A DNA stretch of 64,000 nt from Amphiscolops sp. MND2022 (Eukaryota): the NCBI GenBank assembly GCA_964187785.1, contig OZ076409.1, positions 44,394,001 through 44,458,000 of the forward strand, read 5' to 3'. The position numbers and the translations under genes were made by a program. Positions 25,718-36,800 of the stretch are shown here, in pieces. Below the pieces are notes generated by a model. It saw nothing but the letters and a program-made list of their open reading frames with translations. It was not told the DNA's origin and did no database searches. Numbering within the stretch: position 1 is the first letter of the stretch; the number at the start of each line of letters is the position of its first letter.

Positions 25718-26067
25718 CCGAACCCCCCCCCACGAAAGAACATTTTGTTCTTGAATATAAATATTTCATAAGACATATGAGAATAATATGAATATTATCA
25801 AAGAATAAAGAATACTATATATTACTAGAATACTATATAATCATACTATATAATACAATATAATAATACTATATAATGTTACTAGAGAATACTATATAAT
25901 AATATAGTTTGGACATTTCAGGCAAAAAATTACCATAATTTTTTGATATTATTGTCCAAAATAGCAGAAATTCAAGTTTGGAACAAGCTAAAATCGTATA
26001 AAAAGTGCCATATTTCAACGCAAATTTTGTCCGCTATAAACTCTAATGGGCAACTTTTAACTGACAG

Positions 26068-27150
26068 TGTCGGAACCACTGTCAGTACTTGTAGTTGCTG
26101 GATTCAGCCTGTTCCCTTCCCCATTAACGGAGGCAAACTGATTGGTCAGTGTAAGGACGATATTGGTAAGGTCACCGATTTGTCTATTTATCTCATTAAA
26201 TCGTTGGTCAATGTTATAACTGTTACCATTTTGACGTCTAGTTAAAACGTTGTCGGAGTCAAGGTCTACCATTTGGTCTCTGGATAAAAGTTCAGGGAAA
26301 CTGGCTTCACTTTCGTTATCGCTTGATCTATCCATATTTTCAGTATCTACTTGTCTATTTTGACTACTTTGAGATCTGGTAATTACCATGAAAGGTCTGG
26401 AAGTTTTAGGTTGAATTGAAATGTTTTAATGTTAAAATAAGGATTGATAACTCGTAAGCAAGGTAGTAGGCAACTGGTTATATCAATGGTTACAACTCGT
26501 GAAAGAGTTCGGTTTTACCCGATTGTGTAACTATAAAGGTGTGTTAGCACCTTTCCTTTTAGTCAATGACATTCGATTTACTAATTGCTGTTTAATTGCA
26601 CTTGACGACTGGTGGCTACAGTCGTGACGGGTGATAATCGGCGTTTAATTATTCATGTTTGATCCAGTATGACCGCAAGCACCAGTCATTTTAGCACGCA
26701 ATTGTCTCAATTGCCTCTTAAACTGAGGCTTTACTACGGCGTGTTCTTATCATCATGGTGACTGATTCAATTATCGTTTGGAGGATAATTACTAAAAGGC
26801 ATTGTACAAATTGCTAATATGAATGAACGAAATGTAGTTGTTATGAATGATTGAATATTCTGGTAATACTTTACATGTAATATAAAAAATGGATGATGAA
26901 TGATTAAATCACAAACTATCACGATAGCTGATGACTGATTGTTTCAGTCTTGGTTTCTAAACGATGCACAATAATATGAATGAATTTAGTATTGATGACT
27001 GTTAGTTCCAGTCGTTATACTCTCAACTGTATTGTTCGGGGAATAAATTACTGCAATGTATTTTCATGATGATCTGTATTTTAGGGAGTTTGATGTATAA
27101 ATTAATGTTTTAGAGTTCGTTTAATTCCTTCATGCTTGGCGGGCATGACA
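26068..27150 (-). repeat. 3' LTR of element A
   Basis: Direct repeat of 39895-40977 with roughly a dozen substitutions by eye. Includes a copy of the Gag N-terminal ORF (26057-26389). Confidence 0.97.
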
Positions 27151-27165
27151 TTCCCCCCCCTTTTT
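27151..27165 (-). promoter_or_regulatory. Polypurine tract of element A
   Basis: Minus strand AAAAAGGGGGGGGAA directly abutting the 3' LTR. Confidence 0.92.
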
Positions 27166-27968
27166 GAGAGAGAGCAGGCTGTAGGGGTAATGGGTAAGGT
27201 GAACGGTCGAGTTGAGAGGTAGCAGATATCTGAGTGGAGTATTGAACAGCGGCTGAAGTGGCATGCAAGGTATAGAGAAACGCGTGGGTGGCAATGTAGC
27301 TTCTGGAAACATTCGGAAGCGTGAATGGACAAGGTGAGGCAGGCAAATAGTAGGTAGTCGGAAGTTGAAGTCTATTTATAGAAACGGTTTGACAGCCACG
27401 TCATCCGTGTAGTGCGCATTGAGTGTGATGTTTGTTTAAGCAACTTTTCATCGATCATCGGCAGTTGATTGATTTGTTGTGTTGCCATAGTGAAAGTCAG
27501 TCGAGTCAATTACTGTTTGAATTGAAATTTGATCCCGCTTTAATTTGAGAGTATTCACCTCCGTTTGTCAACCTTTTGCTCATTCTTCCACAATGATGAA
27601 AATATGTCCATGTTTTGTTTTTTTGCACTGTTAGTCCTGTGTTTTTCGGGTATCGCTTGTACTGATAAGATTGTTCGGGGAGTTAGTCTTTTTTGGCTGG
27701 GAAATACGACTGCTTTCTTTCTGCTTCTTGTAATTAGCATTTGATGTCTGGTGGAAGTAGGTCCAAAAATATGGTTCCTTGAATGTCCAGTATTACTAGA
27801 GTAAAACTCTTTGATGAGGAGATCAGGTATCCATTGTATATTGGAATAGGTGATCAGTCTATAACAACAATAAATGGAAGAATGAGCTTTTGCAGTCGTG
27901 TCTTCGTCGCCGATTATTATTTCCCCGGAGAGTTTCAGTTATTTCCTTTTCTCCCAGCGTTATCCAAT

Positions 27969-30900
27969 ATGCCTGATGATGAGGCAGGTCAGTCCTTTGG
28001 TCCCGGATTAGCTGAGTTAGTCGCTGAAGTGGAGAATCAGATGGCCGGAGAGGGGGCTCAGCTAGGTGGAAGTGCAGGCGATCTGGAGTTATCAGGATTA
28101 TTGCTGGAGACTAGTTACTGCTGTCAGTTTGCGGCTCGGGTATCTTCTGCTAATATCGCTGGTTTAAGCGATTTATTGGATGTCGTTCTCTCCCAGGAAT
28201 TTGGTAAGTGCTCACTTCGTATATTGTACTACTATCAGTGGTATGTCTAAAGCGTAAGGGAGAGTTAAGTCTTTCCTTCAAGTTTGTATACTTTCAAGTT
28301 TGAGTCCCGTAATGTTAGGGAGTGTCAGGCGTAGCATTTTAAATAGAGTGTTCTCGTGTTTGTAGCTGATGTCAACATGTCCGACGTGGTCAGTTATTTA
28401 CGTCGCTTTCGTGCTACGATAGCCACTGGAACTGCTGAGGGTTCTGAGACGGAGGCGGCGCCCATCCTTCGTCGACTGGATGCCTTTCTGACATCGCAAC
28501 TTGGTAGGTGAATTCACGGTTACTGTGAAGTTAAGTTATCTGCTGGGGGGGTCTTTTGGTTCTTTTGTTGTTCAATACCAATGCATGCAGTATACGGTTG
28601 CTGTTCTCTAACCAGGCGGTGATAGATGCCTTCAGTCGTTGAGTCCAAAGTAGGTGCTATGAACTAAGGGTTACTTTGCAGATGCCAACGTTCGAGCTGA
28701 TGTCATTGTGGGGCAGTTCACTGAATTGTTTCAACGTGTAGAACGGGAATTTCAGCAGTGGGTGAAGGCTGCAATCGAGTCTAGTTTGGGTCGGCTAGGG
28801 ACAGTGGGTGCTCTCGCTGTCGAGGAATTCCTGGACAAAATGAAGGAAGCGTTGCGAGAACTGGGTCAAACTCCTGTCGTTCCCCGTGGTGGTGAGACTT
28901 CTTCTCTACCACGCTCTGTAGCTGGGAGCATCTCTGGTGTGGACGATCGTCGTACGGCAGTGGAATCTGATGTGCCGTCTGAGTTTGGAGAAAAAAGCGT
29001 CGTTCCTTCTGGGGGGACTTCGTCCGCTGTTGTCTCCACATCAAAGCCTGGTAAGAACTCTCAAAAGATCATGTGAGGGGTTTTAGTTTCAAGTGGTAAA
29101 AAAATAAGGGATGTATATAACGTACTACTACTGCTTAAGGACAAACACGTTTTTTTTTCGAAAGGTTTTGGCTGGACAGTGGTGCTATGTGATTTATGTT
29201 GTGTGTTAGCAGGACGGAAGCGTGCTATCAAAACGTTGAAACCATCATTTTTCGTTTCTGGGGTCGTGGGGACCTTCGGTGGTTTCCCCCGAAACAAACG
29301 TGTGGTGGACGGATTCGCAAGGTGTCGTCTGTGCCGCGTTGATTTAAGTATTGCCGGACGCGGGCTACATAACTTGTGGGATTATTGGAAGGGGCGAGAG
29401 CACACTCGTCTTGAGCAGCGCTTCCGCATCATGTCTAATAGGCCTCTATTGGACAAGTCCTGTAGGCCCGTGTCATTGGACGAGGATCGGAGAATTCGGA
29501 CAGCCAGAGTGTCAGAGCCACCTGTCATTCTGGAGTCAGAGGTGAAGCTGACTGTAGAAGAGCGGATTGCGGTCGAATTAGAAGAGGAGGCAGCTGGTTC
29601 GAAACCCGAGTTGTCGGAGTCCAGTGCTTCATACCTCTGGCTATGCTGCTTCATCAATAACTTTGTTGAACTGAGGGACTTTTCAAGCGTTGTGCGGTCC
29701 ATGGAAGTGTGGTCCAGTAGCATGCGGGGCGAGCTGGTTTTCAGTGAGAGGGTGCTATCATACCCGAAATGTCAGGTAATACATGTTTTGTTCGTCTCTT
29801 TTTTTTGTGTTGTGTTCGTGAAAGTTGGTTCTTGTCTGCTAGTTCGTGTTTGCAGTTGCTGACTGTTTTCATTGGCAGTACTTGCTGAGAAGTGTCACCG
29901 TTGTATATTTGTTGTAGAGTCTTGTGTTATACGGCCTGTATCCATTTGTCATGGAGAAGCTGAGCGATCCACTTTCTGCTGGGGCGCGGTTTGGTCTGCA
30001 CGTCCGTACTGATGGGTCGTTGAAGCGAGTGGATTGCCACATTTTTGACGCTCTGACAGTCAAGATGGTTGTGTTAGCTGCTATTCCTGGTGGTGGTGAG
30101 TGGAAACGCTCACTACTCAAGATCATTGTCTCTGTTCTGGCCTGTGTGGAGTCTCATGCGGGTCTGTGCGCTGTGAGTGTGGGAGAGAATCTGCGTCTCG
30201 GGCGTGCGTTAGCTAGCATCGCGCACCCAACCATGACTTTGGTTACTCGTCGTCTCGATGTGGACTGGCTGAAGGATTTGCTGCGGCGCACGTTTCTACG
30301 AGAGTTGAGTGGACTGGAGCCTTTCTGCGTGTTGGAGTATTTCCGGTTCCGCTTAGCCGCCGTCATCGGTGGTTCGTCGTTTGACAATATGCCAAGGCTT
30401 CGAGAGGTAATTGATTTTAAGTTTGTTAGCGCGTTTGTTGTTCTCTTTTCGGGGACTGGTGTGAGTATGTGTGGTAATGTGTGGTCGTGGTCTGCTTTGT
30501 TCTAACTCGGTGCTAAGTGGTGCTGCGCGCTTCCAGGAGTTGTCGGCACTGTGCACCGAACTTGTGGAGCGATGGGACGACCTCGGTGCCTACTTCGGTG
30601 TTCACCGGTCAAATACTGTGTCCGAATCGCGGAGTATAGCCAGTATGGAAACTCAAGTCTTCAACGATGCTTTGTCGAGGCCGCGATTTGCAGTTTTGAA
30701 ATTTCTGGCAGAGACAGGTCAGTATAAGAGTTTTGAGTGTTACTTGTGTACGGGTGTGTCGGTACTATTTTTGTTGTAATTGTTGATTTGGGTGTTATCG
30801 ACGACTGAGTTGTTAGGGTGTGTAGTTTCTCGACATTTTGTTTGTGATTCGCCTGTGTGTTTCAGTTGTTGCAAAGTGTCCTCGCTTGTGTTCTGCTGGG

Positions 30901-32145
30901 CGAGATCGGAACTTGTGGTTTGAGCGGGAGCTGGCTGCTTTCCTTCGAGAGTTATTGTGTCTGGTCGTCGAACACTCATCGTTACCACCTGATTTTGAAG
31001 TCCTCGCCGTGTTGAAGTTGCGACTGGGCGAGAGTAAGCCTGTTGACAAGGCCCGATTTGAAGTGCTGTTCGGCCAGTACTTCCGCTTCGACGTGGTCAG
31101 CCAGAAGCCTTTCTTTTATAAAGAAGTGCAAAATTTCCTCAGGACTGTGTGCGAGTCGTGCATTGGCGATTATGACCAAGGGTGGGTTAAGCAGCTCAGC
31201 TTGTTGTCGCTGGATCCTTATGCTATACAGTCGGTGTCAATGGATCGGCTGACAGACATCCTTGTGGGTACACTTTCTGTCCTCAGCTTTGGGGATCTAT
31301 GCAGAGGAGATCAAGGTGCCATCATCTTGCAGCAGTATCGCGAGGTAGTCAACTACTTCAAGCATCGATGGGAGTCCAATGCTTCGGTGGTGCCAGTTAT
31401 TGACGATGCCATGTCTTTGTGGCTGTCATATCCTTCGTGAGACCGGTGCCAAGAATTCCGGGGCATTGTGGAGATTCTTTTTGTGGGAATGCTCCATGAT
31501 TCGTATGCTGCTGATTTTCAGGATGTAGGAGACACAGCCCTCGATGACGGTATCATGCTGTCAAGTTTGAACATTATTCGAAGCTGGATGTCGAGTGGTT
31601 TCGGCGGGCATTCTCGACTCTCGATGACTGGATTTGTTAGACACTGCAGCACTACAGACATGCAGGTTTCGCGGTTAACCGATGAAGGCAGAGCTATCCC
31701 CTGGGACCAATTGGTTAAGAGGGGGGTTGATGAATCGCTTGGGCGCTGTGTCACAGTACTGGAGACGACTGGTGGACTACCTACTCGCACTGTCATTGAC
31801 CATTATGTGTCTGCTGTTTGTAATCAGTTGCGGACAATGGAGTCGAGTCCAACTGCTCCCCGTCGGAGTCCTGTCAAATCAAGGCGTTCAGCAGCTCAAG
31901 CGCCGAAATTGCAATCCGAGGTCGTAGTGTCGTCAGCAGGTCCGAGTGAGTCAGCTCCGAAGCGCAAAGCAGTCAGTAGGACGTCAGGGGGCAATCACGG
32001 ACAGAGGACCGGTGGGAAGCCGGACAAGAAAGGGAAGCGCACTCTGGCTACCTTTGAGACTGAAATTGTACAAGCCAGCAGGCGGGCTTTTTCACTCGAA
32101 GAAAGCAGTAACGAGGGCGGCTCCAGCCGTTCTACAGAGTATTAG
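27969..32145 (+). CDS. Antisense cargo gene of element A: ~1084-codon zinc-finger, hAT-transposase-like protein. Predicted exons 27969-28203, 28366-28503, 28682-29050, 29213-29775, 29918-30406, 30537-30717, 30866-32145. One in-frame TGA at 31438-31440.
   Basis: All six GT-AG junctions are phase-compatible and join open frames (3255 nt total). Homologous exons and intron positions in element B. CxxC finger FARCRLCRVDLSIAGRGLHNLWDYWKGREH. The start codon and the exon 4 and exon 6 acceptors are less certain. Confidence 0.8.
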
Positions 32146-33890
32146 TTGGCAGAAGGACTTGTATTAGTAATCAGACTTTCCATATTTCTTTGTGTATTCA
32201 GCTTTTTGTGTATTTATTGAGTTCTGATATTGTGATTTGCTTTATATGCTGTAATTTTTTTTTGTTTTGGCCTTAGTAGGTCTTGCACTTTCTAGTGATT
32301 TAAATAGATGGTTGCAACCGTCATAGTACTCTTCTTTGTTTTTCCTTAGGACTGGACAGTTCGGACGTCACAAGAGGTTTTTCACTTGTTTTGCTTGTAT
32401 GTACGTTTATGCATGATGCTGGACTGGCTTTGTCTTTCTTAAGTGTGTGTATGGGGTAACCCATACTTCGCTATGGTTTCGAGTGGACTTACGCTCTAAT
32501 TGTTACGGCGTGTTCAGGGAATTTATTGAGGAAGTTCATGTTGGTTATGGTTGTCACTGTGGTAACCATTAGCATAAACATTTTTTTTACGCGTCAAACT
32601 GTGCTGTGCATGGTACTCGAGAGCCAGGTTTTCATGTAAGTTGTTAGTGAAGGCTCGAGAATGGTAACGAGACATTCAGACCAATGGCCTTCCAGTCCTT
32701 AGCGCCGCACTGTAAGGTACGTGACTGAGCAGCTTGTTCATTACGATGACGGAAGGCTCAAGGAGTGTATCCTTGGTTTGATGCATGACTTATTTTGTGT
32801 GTATGTAATATTCATGTTATAATTTTTAGGGACTTTTTTACATGTATTTTAGTGTGTTTCAATATATTACATGTAGCGGTCTGTGTACGCGACGTCATCA
32901 TCGTTGATGTGTGTCCTGGGACGTCATCATACGTGATGTGTGTCGTCAAGATCGCGAGTTCTTACATTATGTTAACTTCGGTGGTAGGAAGTTGTTAGAC
33001 TGAGAACTATGGGTGTGTGTAGATTTTAATACTAAGCAGAGGTTGGGGCCGCGCACTCCTGAATTTTTTCCCAAGCGAGGCGAAGCCTTCGCATATCTGG
33101 TTACTTTTAAGGGGTCGGGTATTCATTGTTTTCTGAATTTGGCAAGCTCTTGTTCTTTACCGGCGTTGTGTTATCGTCTATGGTTGGTTTGTTATTTTTG
33201 GTGTTCAGTTCATTGGAAAAGGTGAATTCCCGTCGGAACCACCTATGCAAAACTAACACTGAATCCAGTTGCTAAAGAGCAACCTTCATCTGTATGGTGA
33301 CGACCAACCACACAAGCGCGCTTTTCGACGACGCACCCACACAGCCAGCACTATGGGTTTACGTCGAAATGGGTGGAGTATTGGTTGTGTTGTCTTAACG
33401 TTTTCCAGGCAGCAGGTCGTCACTGTTAGTTTGTTGCGCTTGTAGAGAACGTTGTTTTCGTTCACGTTTCGTTAGTTGTGTTTCGACGGTTTTCTAAGCG
33501 AAGTGTTTCGTTTCGTTTGTTGACGTGGTAGTTTTGGTGCGAATTGACTAAATTATCGTTCACATTTTTGCGTGCTACGTGTGCTTCTGGGCCGCAAGTG
33601 TTGGGATGATTGGCGTTTGCAGTCGTTGCGTTACCGTTTGTTTGCTTCTTACGTAGTAGTTGACGCTAAGTAATTAGACAGCTCAAACAGTGACGACGGA
33701 AGTGGATGGTCATTTAATCGTATTAATTGGATTGTGTGCTAGGTTGTCCGTAATTTTCAATATTGCTTGTTGAGTACTGGTAAACAGGGTCGTAATTGTA
33801 AAACAATTACTTTTACGGTCAAGGAGCGAGACTGTTTATGACTGCTGTTAGCAGTCGTTGGTTTGAGAAATGCAATGAGGGATGGGTGTT

Positions 33891-36800
33891 TTACAGGTTT
33901 CTGTTTTTCAGAAGTAACTGTTGCAGTGAAGGCGTACCATGTAATTCGTGCATTAAGAAATCAGGGTACGTGGTAGGTTTTGGGTTGTGTCTGAGCCCGT
34001 ATCGAGACATGGTGTGTCGTGATGGCGCTGGAGGGCGATCATTTGTTTGGTGTTCAGAATTGTTCATGCTAGCATTATCCGGTTGTGGTTCTTGTGTTTC
34101 AGCCTGGCTTTCAGGTATGGAGATGTTTTGATCAGGTTCTATGTTTTGCCGTTCGTAGTAGATCATTCCATGGTCTGCGTGTAACTCTTCGAAGTTTGAT
34201 TGTTCAGGTATTACTTGTTGTGGCTGTTCATGGACATGATCAGGTAGGTTATTGTCAAATAACTCCTGCTCGTTGAGGGCGTCAGGATCTTCGAAATATC
34301 GTGATGCATTGTCTTGAATGTCTTCGATTGGTGCGTTTGGCGTGAATGGGCGAAGCCTCCTTCTGTGAACGCATTGGGTGCGAAGAGTGCCAATCTTACG
34401 TATGATGTAATTTGAATTTGACAAGACTTTGACCACTTTGTATGGGCCTTCCCACTTGAATTCCTTGAATGGAATTTTTTCAGATTGCTGAGACAGTCTT
34501 TTGTTTAGCAGAAAGGTGAAATCATTTACTTTCAGAGGTGAAGCTTGCGCTTTTCGGTCGTAGTAATTCTTGTATTTGTGAAAGGCTTCGATTATGTTGT
34601 CATGTGTTTGTTGGAATTTTTTGTTCATGTTATATAGTATTCCAGTGACGTCAGTGGTGTTACGTTGTTCGGTTAATGGATGGCTAAATTTGACGTCAAG
34701 GGCATTGAACGGAACACGTCCGTGGAAAACTTCAGTGGGTGTGCATCGGATAGCCTGGTGGTAGGTCGTGTTATGGGCCATTACGGCCATGTTGACGTAT
34801 TTGTGCCATTGCGGTGAATCAGCTGAGATGTTGATTTTGAGAATTTGTTTCAGTTTTTGATGGGAACGTTCAACCATCCCAATCGTTTGTGCGTGTTTTA
34901 CAGAGGCATGTTCGATTTTTATACCGGCAGACTCCATCAGGGAGTTGAGCAGTTGAGATGTGAATGTCGTTCCCTTATCAGTTAAGATTGTCTTGGGTAC
35001 ATACGAGTGTTGCGTAAAGATTTGCATGAGTGCTTCCACGACCGACTTTGTGTCTGGTTTACGGATTGGTATTGCGAAGAGGTACCTAGAAAAGTAGTCG
35101 CATGCAGTGAGAATGTGTGTGAATCCGTTGGAAGGTGGGAGTTCACCGACTAAATCAATTTCTAGTATGTCTTCTGGTCCGTTGCAGGGGTCGTATATTT
35201 GTTGAAGTGGTGGTGTGATTTCAGCTTTTCGGATTGGTTTTGAGCGGATGCAGTCCTGGCAGTTCGAGACGTATTGCAGTACCAGTTCAGAGAAGTTTGG
35301 TGAGTAGTACCTTTTACGCAGTTCATGGAGCATTTTGTTACAACCAGGGTGACCTTGCAGAGGGTCATTGTGCAGGGATTGAATGATTTTCCGAATGGTT
35401 TCAGGGGGAGTGACAACTTGTTTACACTTGATTTTACCTGTACCATCAAAAAAATTCCTGTACAAAACGTTGTTCACTACTTCAAGTCTTTTCTTGTTTT
35501 TAACTAGTTTTTGGAAAAACTGACTTTCAAAGTTCACATGATTAGGAAGGGTTTCCTTTTGGTTCAAAATTCTAATCATGCGTTGGATGTCAAGGTTTAC
35601 GACTTGATCCTGGATGATTTGAAACTCCCCATTGGGGCATACCTGGTTTACCACGTTGTCATGAAGCTTTCGTCTGAATCTGGTGAACGTCATCTCGTCA
35701 TGTTGCCCTGTGATGATGGGTGTGATTTGATGACGGATGGTTTCTATCCTCTCGAGAAACTGTCCACTCGATTCGCTGCTGCACATGGGGACCTGGTTCA
35801 GGATGGCTTTGATGGCTTCATTTTGTTTGGTGGTGGTAGTGTGTTGGTCATCAGGTATGTATTCTTCTTCTTCGTCGTCCTGCTTGGGTGTTCTCGATGC
35901 CAGGTCGATCTCGACGTGGAAGACTGGTATCTCGTCGTTGAGTTTGAGGTGTATTCTTTCCTCTGGTCGTATGTCAAGACGAGACAGGTAGTCTGCAGCA
36001 GGGTTCTCAGTTCCAGGAACGTGGGCAAGTACGAATTCGAATTGGAGCGTCTGATCGCAGTAATTCCATAGCTTCGGGGAATCCGTTTAGACTGAAAAAA
36101 TCGGGTCAGTGCTTTATTGTCCGTCATTACTATTGTTGGTTTCTTGACACCCCAGAGTATGTGTGCGAATTCATCGAATGCGAAATGCATCGCCAGGAAT
36201 TCCTTTGCGTACATTGTTAGGGACATTTGGCCCTCCGTGAATCGTTGGGATCCAAATGATACTGGGGCGTACGTTTTCAGTGGTCCATCGTTTGTTTCGG
36301 TATAGTCTTCTATCAGGAGGACATATCCTGCCGCATGCTCGCTGGCGTCGCACATTATAACAAGCTGTTTATCGGGTAACGGCAGACGCAGCGAAAGTTT
36401 CGCAGCTTTGGCAAGATTTTCATTAATCTCGAAGATGATGTCCTTGTGCTGCTGGGTCAACTGGAATTTGACGTCTTTTTGAAGTAGTTTGTACAGTGGG
36501 GTGAGTTTTTCTGCTAGGCGTGGTATGTACTGCCTGTAGAACTGGACAAACCCGATGTACCTTTGGAGGGATTTGATTGATGTGGGCAATTTTATCTTCT
36601 TGAGGAAGTCGTCGATCTTGTCTTCGAGTGGGGCGACACCCTTTGATGTGATGCTTCTCCCGAGGAAGTCGATCTGTGGGTGGCCAAACGCACATTTTGA
36701 CATCGACAATTTCAGTCCTGCTTTTTGGATTTGTTGGAACACAGCTTCAATGTTTGACAGTAGCTCATCTACAGTGTGGGCAGCAATCCCAATGTCGTCG

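Noticed and set aside
31438..31440. Selenocysteine or programmed readthrough at the in-frame TGA
   Set aside because: No SECIS identified. A TGG-to-TGA mutation is simpler, and B has deleted this region so gives no support.
27783..32145. Cargo as an env gene
   Set aside because: It is antisense and intron-containing. The hydrophobic ORF tails fall in predicted T-rich introns, and no signal peptide or TM anchor remains after splicing.
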